DNA of 64,000 bases, taken from Candidatus Nanohaloarchaea archaeon (GTDB lineage: Archaea > Nanohalarchaeota > Nanosalinia > Nanosalinales > Nanosalinaceae). Each line of letters opens with the position of its first letter. Within the stretch, counting starts at the first letter, position 1. The stretch lies in contig JBDGRK010000009.1 in the NCBI GenBank assembly GCA_042218075.1, positions 1 to 64,000 on the forward strand, read 5' to 3'. The translations under genes were made by a program, and so were the position numbers. The notes under the pieces are model-generated. The model had not been told where the DNA came from, made no database searches, and saw only the letters and a program-made list of their open reading frames with translations. Below are positions 10,323-19,504 of this stretch, one piece after another.

Positions 10323-10470
10323 AAAAATTTATCTTGGATTATAGAACTACAATCTGAAAAGAAATCAAGGCATATGCAATCGGAGGTTTCTTAGGTTTTT
10401 AATCGGTTAATAGTTGCTTCACTATATTTCGTTATCCAAAAGTAAAAAAATTCTGGTAAACTAAATTGAC

Positions 10471-11196
10471 ATGGTTGAAAAGGTAAGGGTTTCTCAATAT
10501 GAGGAGAAAAAGCCAAACGGAAATCCTTCTGAAGAAGATTATCGGTGGCTTGAAGAAAACGATTTAATCAGGGATGGAAACACTTTAGAAACAGTTCTTG
10601 CGGCCGAAGGAGTGAAGAACGGAACCTTTATTGAGGTATTTCTTCATGATATCGATCAAGAAGATTTTCAGCAAGAATACAATGAATTTATTGAAGGACT
10701 CACTAAATTAGGCCTGAATGTGTATGTTCCAAGAGAAAATAAATCGGAAATAGCCGATTCAGAAGAATCTATGGCCATGGTAACAGCTTATGTCACCACA
10801 TGCGACTTCTATTCTGTGCGTGATTTCGAAGAAATGCCAGGAAGAGGCACGTATGAAACACCTGATTCAAGCCTCCAAAAGGCCATGTTTCTCGGCTATC
10901 CCCTAAAATCAGCTGTAGGGTACAAGAAAAGAAATATGCCAGATCAAGAGTTCGAAGATACTGTAAGGATTTCAGATAATGAGTTAGAAGAAGAACCTGA
11001 AGCAATGGAATTATTTCCGAGTAAGATCCAAAAAAGGATTCCAAGTTCTGAAGAAAGAAAAATAAATCTTATTTCATACGGCGTCTTTGGAGACGATGAT
11101 AGTATTGAAAAAGCTCTCAAATATGCCGAAGAATACTTTCAAACTATTCAGGAAGTTGATGAAAAATACAATACTTCATTCCTGAATCTAATCTAA
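10471..11196 (+). CDS. hypothetical protein (AT-richer)
   Basis: 241-aa acidic ORF containing FLGYP; no family assigned. Confidence 0.7.
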   Translation: MVEKVRVSQYEEKKPNGNPSEEDYRWLEENDLIRDGNTLETVLAAEGVKNGTFIEVFLHDIDQEDFQQEYNEFIEGLTKLGLNVYVPRENKSEIADSEESMAMVTAYVTTCDFYSVRDFEEMPGRGTYETPDSSLQKAMFLGYPLKSAVGYKKRNMPDQEFEDTVRISDNELEEEPEAMELFPSKIQKRIPSSEERKINLISYGVFGDDDSIEKALKYAEEYFQTIQEVDEKYNTSFLNLI

Positions 11197-11219
11197 ATGA
11201 CATACAAATATTAATAGAG

Positions 11220-11292
11220 TGGCAGGACCCGGATTTGAACCGGAATCTGCACCGCCCGAGGGTGCAATGATAGTCCGCTACACCATCCCGCC
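11220..11292 (-). tRNA. tRNA-Pro(CGG), no intron
   Basis: Cloverleaf GGCGGGA/TCCTGCC-A; anticodon arm GCACC-CTCGGGC-GGTGC; T-loop TTCAAAT; 73 nt; CCA not encoded. Confidence 0.92.
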
Positions 11293-11315
11293 CAAAAAAG
11301 AGTGAAAGGATAGAT

Positions 11316-12548
11316 TCAAGTCAGTTCTTCCACCACCTCCTCTGAATCGAATCTCTCTTTCTCTCCATCTCTAGTTTCTATCTCCACGGTGTCCTCCTCG
11401 ATGAAGTTCTTCCCGACAATCAATTTCCTCCTGATTCCAAGAAGATCTGAATCCCTGAACTTTTCTCCAGCCGATCTTTCTTCATCGTAGAGGATGACCT
11501 CTATCCCGGAGTCTCTGAGCTCTTGATAGATGTCTTCCGCCTTCTCCATGACTTCTTCCTCGTGTCTCGCAACTATGATAGAGGTGTCGAAAGCCGAGAC
11601 TTCTCTGTTCCATGCTATTCCTCTCTCATCGTGGTTCTGCTCGATAATGGTGGAGATCAGCCGGGAGACTCCTATGCCGTAGCAGCCCATCAGGACCTCT
11701 TGCTCAACTCCTTCCCCTGTCGTGAAGGTGAGATCCATCGAATCCTCAGCTGTGTATCGGTCTCCCAACTTGAAGCAGTGGCCTACCTCGATTCCATTGA
11801 CTTCCCGGAGATCGGAACCACATTCCCGGCACTTTCCAACTTCAAGATCTTTAGTTCCGAAACTGCATTCCCGGCTTTCACATTTGAGATAGGTGTCACT
11901 CCCGACTTCAGATTCAGCTATGAACTCGTGGCTACCGCTTCCTCCCATGTCGCCGTTGTCAGCCGAAACTTCGGAGTACTCAAGCCCAAGCCGGTCGAAG
12001 ATATTCCTGTAGACCTCCACCACTTTCTGATACTTCCTGTCGAGACCTTCTCTATCCTCATGGAAGCTGTAGGCATCCTTCATCACGAACTCTTTTCCCC
12101 GGATCAGGCCTTTCCTTGCGTGGTCGTCCCTGAACTTCCTTCCGATCTGGTAGATAGTTAGATCAAGGTCGCGGTAGCTCCGAATGTACTTTCGCACTAG
12201 TTCAACAGCTGTCTCTTCATGCGTCGCTGCGATGGTGAACTTCTTTCCTTCGCGGTTCTCAAGGCTGAAGAACTCCTCTCCCTCGAAGTTCTCCCATCTT
12301 CCTGACTTCTTCCAGATATCGCTCTTCTGGAGGATGTTCATCTTAACCTCCTGCCCGATCCGATCCATTTCATTCCTGATCACTTCCTCGATGTTTTCAA
12401 CCACTCTCAATCCAAGGTTGGTGAACCCAAACGTTCCAGAGCCGTAACTGTGGATCAATCCTGCCCTGATCGCAAGTTCTTCACTGGCGCAATCAGTATC
12501 TGCCTCAGCCTCCTTGGAAGTCGTCGCAAACAGATTACTTCTCCTCAT
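11316..12548 (-). CDS. proS: prolyl-tRNA synthetase, bacterial-type, lacking the INS editing domain
   Basis: SGRW, ATHEE, KFRD, EFVMKDAYSFH, GGSGSHEF, GIEVGHCFKLG and MGCYGIGVSR motifs; C-terminal anticodon-binding domain; 410 aa. Confidence 0.9.
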   Translation of the reverse strand: MRRSNLFATTSKEAEADTDCASEELAIRAGLIHSYGSGTFGFTNLGLRVVENIEEVIRNEMDRIGQEVKMNILQKSDIWKKSGRWENFEGEEFFSLENREGKKFTIAATHEETAVELVRKYIRSYRDLDLTIYQIGRKFRDDHARKGLIRGKEFVMKDAYSFHEDREGLDRKYQKVVEVYRNIFDRLGLEYSEVSADNGDMGGSGSHEFIAESEVGSDTYLKCESRECSFGTKDLEVGKCRECGSDLREVNGIEVGHCFKLGDRYTAEDSMDLTFTTGEGVEQEVLMGCYGIGVSRLISTIIEQNHDERGIAWNREVSAFDTSIIVARHEEEVMEKAEDIYQELRDSGIEVILYDEERSAGEKFRDSDLLGIRRKLIVGKNFIEEDTVEIETRDGEKERFDSEEVVEELT

Positions 12549-12763
12549 TCCAGATCACCCTCCAGGTATCGATCCACTATCTGCTTCAATTCCGAGAGTT
12601 CCTCCAGATCAACCTCATTTCCTTCTTCATCCAGCACAATTCCTTCATCGTATCTATCCACAATTTTGTAGAGATTGATCAGCTGGGATAGCTCCTGTCT
12701 CTGGTTAGACTCGTGGATTAACGAGTCATACCGGGAGTAAACTTCATCCAGCAGTTCCTGCAT
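12545..12763 (-). CDS. small hypothetical protein translationally coupled to proS
   Basis: MQELLDEVYSRY... (72 aa, acidic); ATGA overlap with the proS start. Confidence 0.7.
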   Translation of the reverse strand: MQELLDEVYSRYDSLIHESNQRQELSQLINLYKIVDRYDEGIVLDEEGNEVDLEELSELKQIVDRYLEGDLE

Positions 12764-13050
12764 CCTGCTACCGGAAAGAAGGTAGAGGGAATCAACGTTT
12801 TGAGTTAGATTTTGAGATTTCTGACCTGAATTGCGTGAGTGGAACGCGTCCACCCTGATTGTCGTGTGTCATGGTGTGATACACCTGAGAAAAAGAACAA
12901 TCCTCCAGTCTATCAAAGAAGCTCAGGAGGAAGGTATCCACCCTTTATTGACAGGATGGAGAAGAGTGTGAAGCAGTGGATAAAGTGGCGACTACTTGAA
13001 TCGAGAAAGTCATTCAAGATACCGAAATGGAACGCAGCCACCAGACATTG
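12764..13050 (-). promoter_or_regulatory. long structured 5' leader of the orf-proS-tRNA-Pro unit, with short uORFs and three GGTGG-N5-TTCC repeats
   Basis: Several inverted repeats; motif copies at 13029-13042, 12929-12942 and 12841-12854; uORF MSGGCVPFRYLE starts at 13048. Confidence 0.5.
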
Positions 13051-13073
13051 TAGTGATCAATAAATAACTAAAA

Positions 13074-13089
13074 CTTTATATAATTTTCG
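13074..13089 (-). promoter_or_regulatory. BRE-TATA promoter
   Basis: Minus strand CGAAAATTATATAAAG, about 26 nt upstream of the ATG at 13048. Confidence 0.65.
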
Positions 13090-13141
13090 CCAGATAATTG
13101 TTTTGCCGGATGTAACCAATTAGGAAGCAGAGATACCTCAA

Positions 13142-13648
13142 ATGAATACCGAAGAAAGAGTGGCAGCTTATGTAGATGAACACAGAGAAGTTCCAGATTA
13201 CTTAGATGATGCCATACTCGAACATATGCAGCAAGATTATGAGAGACGAGAACCTGCTGAACTCCCCACAGACTTGGAAGAAGAAGCTTTCGTGTATACT
13301 ATCGGCAGGGATTCCAATACTGTAGAGGCCCTCAAGTTTGTTGACTCTATGATGGAGCACAGCGAGTATGTGCAGGAATCGATTATAGTGCCGAAAGGGG
13401 TTTTCGCACCAGTATTCGACAGATTCCTCGGAGCAGCTATGGAAACCGTAGAAGACGAGAAAGTAATCGTCTACGATGAAGATAACGACAAAGTTCTCGG
13501 TGTCACCGATGACCAAATCGAGATAATAGGTTACACAGTCAATTACCTTGAAGAACAGGGTCTAGTCTCTGAAGGACTGATAGAAGGGTTCGATAGCAAC
13601 TTCGAGGCACTGGATATGGTAGGCCGATGGATAGAAGACGTCAGATGA
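13142..13648 (+). CDS. hypothetical protein
   Basis: 168-aa highly acidic ORF. Confidence 0.75.
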   Translation: MNTEERVAAYVDEHREVPDYLDDAILEHMQQDYERREPAELPTDLEEEAFVYTIGRDSNTVEALKFVDSMMEHSEYVQESIIVPKGVFAPVFDRFLGAAMETVEDEKVIVYDEDNDKVLGVTDDQIEIIGYTVNYLEEQGLVSEGLIEGFDSNFEALDMVGRWIEDVR

Positions 13649-13667
13649 TTTGAAGAAATCCGATTTT

Positions 13668-14801
13668 CTACCTTCGGGCCTCCACCACAATGTAGTTATC
13701 TTCCTCTTCCAGAACATTTACTTCTTCAAATATTTCTCTCAGTTGATTCTCAAAGCTCATATTTTGGTTGTAGACCAGATACAGCCTTCCGCCCTCTTTC
13801 AGCCGATTATATGATTCTTGGAATATTTCATCTGTCACTGCTTTTCCCTGGTGTGTAGGCGGGTTCGTGACAATGACATCAAACCGTTTATCTTTGTAGC
13901 AGTCGAGACAGTCGGCATTTTCTAAATTATAGAAATCAATATCGTTTCTCCGGAGATTCTTCTCTGCTAATTCTACGGATAGAGCGTCATCATCGCTGAG
14001 ATAAATATTGCAGTCGTAGAGTTTCTTCAGGAAGATACCTATAGTTCCATATCCGCAGCCTACATCCCATATCCTTTCTCCCTTCTCTATCTCTACATTT
14101 TCAATCAGTAATCTGCTTCCTTCATCCAGTTTATCAGGCGAGAAAACACCCTCTACCGCCTCAAAACTGGCTTTAACTCCTTTGACTTCTACTTCAAACT
14201 TTTTTCCGATAGCTTTCTTCTCTGGTTCTACATCTCCTTCTTTCTTGTACCTGTAGACCTGATATGAATCTCTATGATTAACCCTGCCTAACTTGCCTTC
14301 AAATTCTTGAAGCCAGTCCCTGTAGCGGTTTAAACCTTCTTTTTTACCTGAGCAGATGAAAAGTTCACCTTCATCCTTCAGTAGACCTACCGCTTCAGAA
14401 ATTCTGTTCTTCACTAAATCTATAGGGGAATAGGGTTGCGGTGCATAGATTATCTTGTCGAAATCTCCATCCAGTTCTCCAGGTGAGCTCACCTTCCTAC
14501 ATTTGACATCGTCGATTTCATTTAACTCTATATTGTGCTTAGATATTTGGTAGGCGCTATCACTGGATTCCATTAGAACCGTATTTCCTTCAGGAGCGCA
14601 GTCCCCAAGTATTCCCAGGAAACCATAGCCTGAATACAGGATTAATATATCATCATCTATTTCTGGTTCCACTGTATCTGCCAACAATAGTTCAGATTCT
14701 CGAAAACTATTCTTAGATGAAACACCATCTGAGGTCTCGAACAAATACTCCTTGCCGGTTTTCTCTGACCTTAACTTGTTCTCATACAGATACTCTTTCA
14801 T
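13668..14801 (-). CDS. RsmC/MTS-like two-domain SAM methyltransferase
   Basis: GVFSPDKLDEGS, DVGCGYG and TNPP motifs; degenerate N-terminal repeat domain. Confidence 0.85.
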   Translation of the reverse strand: MKEYLYENKLRSEKTGKEYLFETSDGVSSKNSFRESELLLADTVEPEIDDDILILYSGYGFLGILGDCAPEGNTVLMESSDSAYQISKHNIELNEIDDVKCRKVSSPGELDGDFDKIIYAPQPYSPIDLVKNRISEAVGLLKDEGELFICSGKKEGLNRYRDWLQEFEGKLGRVNHRDSYQVYRYKKEGDVEPEKKAIGKKFEVEVKGVKASFEAVEGVFSPDKLDEGSRLLIENVEIEKGERIWDVGCGYGTIGIFLKKLYDCNIYLSDDDALSVELAEKNLRRNDIDFYNLENADCLDCYKDKRFDVIVTNPPTHQGKAVTDEIFQESYNRLKEGGRLYLVYNQNMSFENQLREIFEEVNVLEEEDNYIVVEARR

Positions 14802-14808
14802 CGATATC

Positions 14809-15719
14809 TTAACTCCTTCGAGTATTTTTTAACTGCTTTTCAAGCCCTTCTTTGTTCATTCTCATAAGCTCTTCTGACCCAATCCTGATGCCGTCAATCA
14901 ATCCTATCGTGGCGTGGAGTATTTCCTAGTAATCTTCTCTTGTTCTCCAGTCTTCCTTCAGTTTGTCTTTTCCATAGGCTTTGATGAACTCTTCAGATAT
15001 CGAGTGCTCTTCCGTCCAGTGACCCATCGCCCTCGTGATCTCGTATTCCCGGCAACCGACAAAACTTGCTTCACAGTCCAAAACTCCTAATCTATCATTT
15101 TCGTTGATTACAGTGTTCCAAGCATGGTAATCGCCGTGGATAAGAACAGGCTGGTAATCTCCTTCTATCTCATCCAAGTTATCTTCCAGGTACTTGATGC
15201 CTTTGTCCGCTATTTCAGGGGTGTCGAAACCTTTCAGAAATTCAATGAGATTTTCGACAAAGTTTTTCCATTTATTGTAGGAATCCTCTACTCCATTCTG
15301 GTTCAGTTCTCCGAATTTTTGATATTGGACAGAGTGAATCTCTGCGAGAGCTTTTCCAAGTATTTCAGCCATTTCCTGTTTTCTATCGCCCTCTTCTATC
15401 TTGAACCCGGTGTTTTCTCCTTCCAACCAGTCGCAGATTACATAGTCTTTTTCGTTGGTGGCTATAATTTCAGGAGCTCTCAGACTGGTTTCCGTCCTGA
15501 TCCTGTTGAATGTGTATATCTCCGCTGACAATCTTTGTTTAATACTCCTGCCTCTTTCCCCACCTCAGGCTGCTTGTACATGTATACTCCTATCTCTCCC
15601 CTGTCTTCAGTCTGGACCCGGAAAATATTCTTCATCCGTCCTGCATCTTCTGAAATCTTTTCTATAATAGTGGGCTTAATTGATTCCTGTTCCAGAATAC
15701 CTCTGGCTTTTTCTTTCAT
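14809..15719 (-). pseudogene. APH-family kinase pseudogene
   Basis: LIHGDYHAWN and VLDCE motifs; frameshift near 15540-15565; in-frame TAG at 14926-14928 followed by EILHATIGLIDG... to TAA at 14809. Confidence 0.8.
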
Positions 15720-15735
15720 TTGAGAACCTCTTTAC

Positions 15736-16389
15736 CTAAAGTTTGAAACTCTCTATCACTTCAAAGTTCTTGCCTTCTTTTAGATCATCTCTTACCAGAG
15801 AAATTTCCTCAACCTCGAATCCACCAAATTCCTGTTTCCTGATCTCCTCCAGCCTATCCACAAGTTCTCCAAACTCTTCTTCACTACCGAAGTGGCAGAG
15901 TGTTACATTGGGAAGAAAATCGTATGGTTCATTCATCAATTTCTCTATCTGGCACATTTCGTTATGTAGAGATTCCAGTTCTCCTTCAATATCGTAGGTC
16001 TCAGCAAAAACCACATTTGAAAACAGATTCAGGTTTCTCACTTCCAGCCTGAAACTTTCATGCTTTTCAACTATTTGTCTGATCTCTTCTACAATTTCAT
16101 CCAGGTGATCCTCTCCAAGCTCGTCTTCTTCACCCGGATCTTCAACAAGAAATCCTCCAAGCTTGACAGTAATGTGGAAATAATCTTCCGGTACCGGATC
16201 CACGCATTCAAACTCCTCAATCTCTTCCTGCGCTTTTCTCAATTCCTGCCTCAATTCTTCCTCTTTAACCTCTACCAAGATAGTGATAAACTCCGTTCTT
16301 TCCGGTATTTCCTCCACCTGAGGTTCTAATTCATTTCTGTTCCGCCAGTTTCCCAAGAATTTCTTTTGCCAGTCATTCAAAGTACTCAT
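15736..16389 (-). CDS. 2H phosphoesterase (2'-5' RNA ligase family), second HxT motif degenerate
   Basis: FHITV present; PNVTL in place of PHxTL. Confidence 0.75.
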   Translation of the reverse strand: MSTLNDWQKKFLGNWRNRNELEPQVEEIPERTEFITILVEVKEEELRQELRKAQEEIEEFECVDPVPEDYFHITVKLGGFLVEDPGEEDELGEDHLDEIVEEIRQIVEKHESFRLEVRNLNLFSNVVFAETYDIEGELESLHNEMCQIEKLMNEPYDFLPNVTLCHFGSEEEFGELVDRLEEIRKQEFGGFEVEEISLVRDDLKEGKNFEVIESFKL

Positions 16390-16909
16390 CCTCGGTTATG
16401 CTCAGGTAGATTAGATCTACCCATTCTCCATCCACATACTTGTAATCCCGCTTTCTTCCCTCCTCTCTCATACCAGCTTTCTCCATTATCCTCCTCGAAG
16501 GCTCATTTATCTCAAGGTATCCTCCTCTTATGCAGTGGAGATTCAGAGTCTCGAAGCCGTACTCCAGAAGCATCTTTAAAGCTCTTGAGCCAATTCCCTG
16601 GTCCTGGAAGTCAGGGTATATTGAAATACCAATCTCGGCTCTGCCGTACTCATTATCAAAGTCATTAAGTGAGCACTCCCCAGCCTTTTCACCATTAAAT
16701 TCGATTATAAAACTAACCTTCTCATCTTTATCGACACCTTCAATCCATTCTCTAACTTCTTTCAGATTCGCAGGCTTGGGAGCCATTCCAATTGTGTACC
16801 TTACTCCCTCGTGAACTAAAAGATCTCTCAGGAACTCCGCATCTTCTTTCTCTACAGGTCTCAGGACAACATCTCCTTCCTGTTTGAAAACGCTCCTCGT
16901 GTCAGCCAT
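16373..16909 (-). CDS. GNAT acetyltransferase, RimJ/RimL family
   Basis: AEIGISIYPDFQDQGIG and NEPSRRIMEKAG motifs; start taken as MADTRSVF. Confidence 0.9.
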   Translation of the reverse strand: MADTRSVFKQEGDVVLRPVEKEDAEFLRDLLVHEGVRYTIGMAPKPANLKEVREWIEGVDKDEKVSFIIEFNGEKAGECSLNDFDNEYGRAEIGISIYPDFQDQGIGSRALKMLLEYGFETLNLHCIRGGYLEINEPSRRIMEKAGMREEGRKRDYKYVDGEWVDLIYLSITEDEYFE

Positions 16910-17435
16910 GCCATTCACCCTCCAGAACTCCATAATAGACCACGTTTTTGTATTCTCCCATAGTGTAAGTGTGATCCTTGAAAACACCTTCTTTCTCGAA
17001 TCCAAGCTTCTCCCAGATCCTCTGGGATGCCTCATTGCCCTGGAAAGCCCTGGCGTAAATCTTGTGATAGTTCAAATGATTGAATCCATGATCCGTTATT
17101 AACTCTACTGCTTCAGTACCGTACCCGTTTCCATGATGATCCGGGTGAATCCAGATTCCTATCTCTCCTAATTTCTCCGCATCATCGCCTTTACTTCCAA
17201 GTTTTACGATTCCAACTCTCTCCTCGCCCCTGCAGATCAATAATTGTAGAGAATCTTCGCTACAAATTACTTCCTCGAAAAACTCTCTTTCATCTTCAAG
17301 GTTCTGGGGTTTCCTGTTTCCCATGTATACTCTGACTTCAGGATGGTTCACACCATTCCGCAGGAATTCAAGATCCTCTTCTTCTACCGTTCTCAGGTTA
17401 ACTTTATCGCCTTCTAGAAAGACTGCTCCCGGCAT
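16902..17435 (-). CDS. GNAT acetyltransferase, RimJ/RimL family (tandem paralog)
   Basis: GEIGIWIHPDHHGNGYGTEA and NEASQRIWEKLGF motifs. Confidence 0.9.
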   Translation of the reverse strand: MPGAVFLEGDKVNLRTVEEEDLEFLRNGVNHPEVRVYMGNRKPQNLEDEREFFEEVICSEDSLQLLICRGEERVGIVKLGSKGDDAEKLGEIGIWIHPDHHGNGYGTEAVELITDHGFNHLNYHKIYARAFQGNEASQRIWEKLGFEKEGVFKDHTYTMGEYKNVVYYGVLEGEWHG

Positions 17436-17465
17436 AAGACGAAATTGTGGAGAATCTAAATAAAT

Positions 17466-18062
17466 TTACCCCAGGTGAGCGGTATCGTTAAGCCGAGTGA
17501 TCTTCCAGCCGTATATTTCATCATATTCCAGCTCTGTTATTGATGCGTTGTCCGTTTCCAGTTTTCTGTAAATCTCGATCCCCCCATCCAGTATAACCAT
17601 CAATGCAGCCTTAGTTGCCACGCTGTGAGCTCCAATAAGAATGCTGGAACTTCTGTCATGCTGATTTCTCAGCCTGTCTAGAAATCCAACTATTCTTTCT
17701 CCGGTTTCCATCAGACTTTCCCCGTTTTCCGGCCTCAAAAGATGCTTTTCGCCATCAAATTCACCTTCCATTCTCCTGTAATCTTCGATTGGCTTTCCCT
17801 CCAGAATGCCAAAATCCCTCTCACGCAAATCCTCTTTTTTTTCTTTCTCGATTCGATTCTCATCTGATATAATCTCGATTGTTTCAGATGTTCTTCTCAG
17901 GTCACTGGAGTAAGCTTTCTCAAAATCCCGATCCGCAAATCTTTCCGAAACTTTTCTAGCCTGCTCCCGGCCATTCTCAGTTATCTCTACATCCATCTGA
18001 CCTGTAATCGAATCCTTCCTGTTATGTTCTTTCTCACCGTGCCTCACAAGTACTGCTCGCAT
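17466..18062 (-). CDS. histidine phosphatase family (GpmB/CobC-like)
   Basis: VRHGE, SSDLRR, LRERDFG, GES and LNDTAHL motifs. Confidence 0.9.
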   Translation of the reverse strand: MRAVLVRHGEKEHNRKDSITGQMDVEITENGREQARKVSERFADRDFEKAYSSDLRRTSETIEIISDENRIEKEKKEDLRERDFGILEGKPIEDYRRMEGEFDGEKHLLRPENGESLMETGERIVGFLDRLRNQHDRSSSILIGAHSVATKAALMVILDGGIEIYRKLETDNASITELEYDEIYGWKITRLNDTAHLG

Positions 18063-18378
18063 AAAACCAATAATTTCTATCCTTTATTCTGTTTTCTATT
18101 TTTTCCCAGTGCCGGTCTCCCGAATGTGTGAATTTTGAGCCGAAGATGGCAATAACCACGATCTCACCATCTTTAACATCGATGTAAACTCGGTGTCCGG
18201 TTTCATCAATATTAAGCTGCCATACCGGATGTTCCAGAAGAGGATTCGACACCAGCTTCAGATCTTCATGACTTAAAGAATTTGAAACTTCCTTTATCTT
18301 TGATTTGACTTTCTCCCAATCTTCCCCCTCTATAGATTCTTTATACCTGAGAGCAGATTCAGAGAGCTTGGTTTTCAT
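18034..18378 (-). CDS. RelE/ParE-like toxin
   Basis: Small ORF with HRVYIDV..GEIVVIAI, directly downstream of an RHH gene. Confidence 0.55.
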   Translation of the reverse strand: MKTKLSESALRYKESIEGEDWEKVKSKIKEVSNSLSHEDLKLVSNPLLEHPVWQLNIDETGHRVYIDVKDGEIVVIAIFGSKFTHSGDRHWEKIENRIKDRNYWFYASSTCEAR

Positions 18379-18380
18379 GG

Positions 18381-18596
18381 TCAGGCCTCGTCTATATCCA
18401 CGAGTTCATCCTCATCGTATTCCATCCTCTTGTTCAGCTCTGCAATCGCTCTCGGGCTCAGGGTCTCTGTGTCATCCAGCATCCTCCTGACCGCGTAGCG
18501 GATAAAATCAGAGTTCGAAGTGTACTCTCCGCTCTCTACCTTCTCCTCAATCCTCTTCTTCAAAACCTCGGGAATCTCCACACTTGTCGTTGGCAT
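18381..18596 (-). CDS. ribbon-helix-helix antitoxin/regulator (Arc/MetJ/ParD type)
   Basis: TSVEIP...VESGEYTSNSDFIRYAVR. Confidence 0.85.
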   Translation of the reverse strand: MPTTSVEIPEVLKKRIEEKVESGEYTSNSDFIRYAVRRMLDDTETLSPRAIAELNKRMEYDEDELVDIDEA

Positions 18597-18650
18597 AGTA
18601 ACAGTATAGGATTGAAAGTTTAAAAATTTCCATACGGAGTAGCTAAATTT

Positions 18651-19429
18651 TCACCAGTTCCTCTCTTCTATCCTGTGAAGCTCAAGTCCTGGAAATTCTT
18701 TCTGCAGATGCTCTCCAAGTGCGTAGACACCCCATTTCTCGCTGGAAGTTTCCTCCATTTCGATGGTGTCCAGGCCTTTTTCATGGATGTAGATATTGGT
18801 CGGAAAACCTACATTACCTGTAACAAAGAAATCGGATCCTTCATCAATGGTTTCCTGAATTATACTGTGGACAGTCCTCCTCCACCCGTTACAATTCCTA
18901 TCTTTGAGTCCTCAATACCTTCCAGACTGCCGATCAGGTTGTAATCAGGTTCTATTTCCTTTACTCTTCTCTCAAACTCATCCTTTGATACCTCCAGCCT
19001 TCCGTATCTTCCATGGTAGCCACCTTGGATGTCCAGGTACTTGCCCTCAACTTTTATTCCAAGCTTTTCAGCGCACCTGACGACCACTCCATAATCATCC
19101 GCACAGTCAAGCGGCTGATGTGCGATATACCACGTGATTCCAGCTTCCTCTATCGCCTCTTTCTTCTGCTCCAGCAGATCCTTATCGAACCGTTCCCATC
19201 CTCCATGATGAACAATCACGAGATCGCAGTTTTTATCTTCCGCTGCTTCAATATTCTCGAAGGTGGTATTCGTGCAGAGACCTATCTTCTCAACTTCTCC
19301 AGAACCTTCCGTCCATGCACCGTTGAAGTCCGTGTCCTCTTGTTGGTTGAAATGCTCAGTATTCAACTCCCGATCAAGAAAATCCAGTATCTTATCTCTC
19401 CCGACCATAAAACTAGCATAGTGGCTCAC
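18651..19429 (-). pseudogene. Nif3/YbgI dinuclear metal protein pseudogene
   Basis: VHHG, AHQPLD and IGIVTGGG motifs; the C-terminal part (IIQETIDEGSDFFVTG...SEKW / GVYALGEHL...ERNW*) needs two frameshifts, near 18865 and 18732. Confidence 0.8.
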
Positions 19430-19504
19430 AATAAAAACAGTTATTGCCTTTATTGGTCATAAACAGATAGAAAAGAAAATGGAAAAGTTGGATCGCAAGA
19501 GACT

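Noticed and set aside
8205-11196. Integrated island at the tRNA-Pro 3' end
   Set aside because: The genes look accessory, but no integrase and no duplicated tRNA-Pro end were found.
12841-12950. Calling the proS leader a canonical T-box riboswitch
   Set aside because: The UGGNACC bulge is imperfect, and I could not identify Stem I (AG bulge, distal loop, specifier) or an antiterminator/terminator pair. Kept only as a hypothesis.
12839-13063. 74-aa plus-strand ORF, or RNase P RNA (GAGGAAGG..CCACCC resembles the P4 5' strand)
   Set aside because: The ORF is basic and unlike this acidic proteome. No matching 3' P4 strand (ACAGAA...GCUUA) was found, and the clear promoter is on the minus strand.
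15535-15570. Programmed -1 frameshift at GGGGAAAG in the APH gene
   Set aside because: The heptamer is not in the X_XXY_YYZ phase of the upstream ORF, and the gene also has a downstream nonsense codon.
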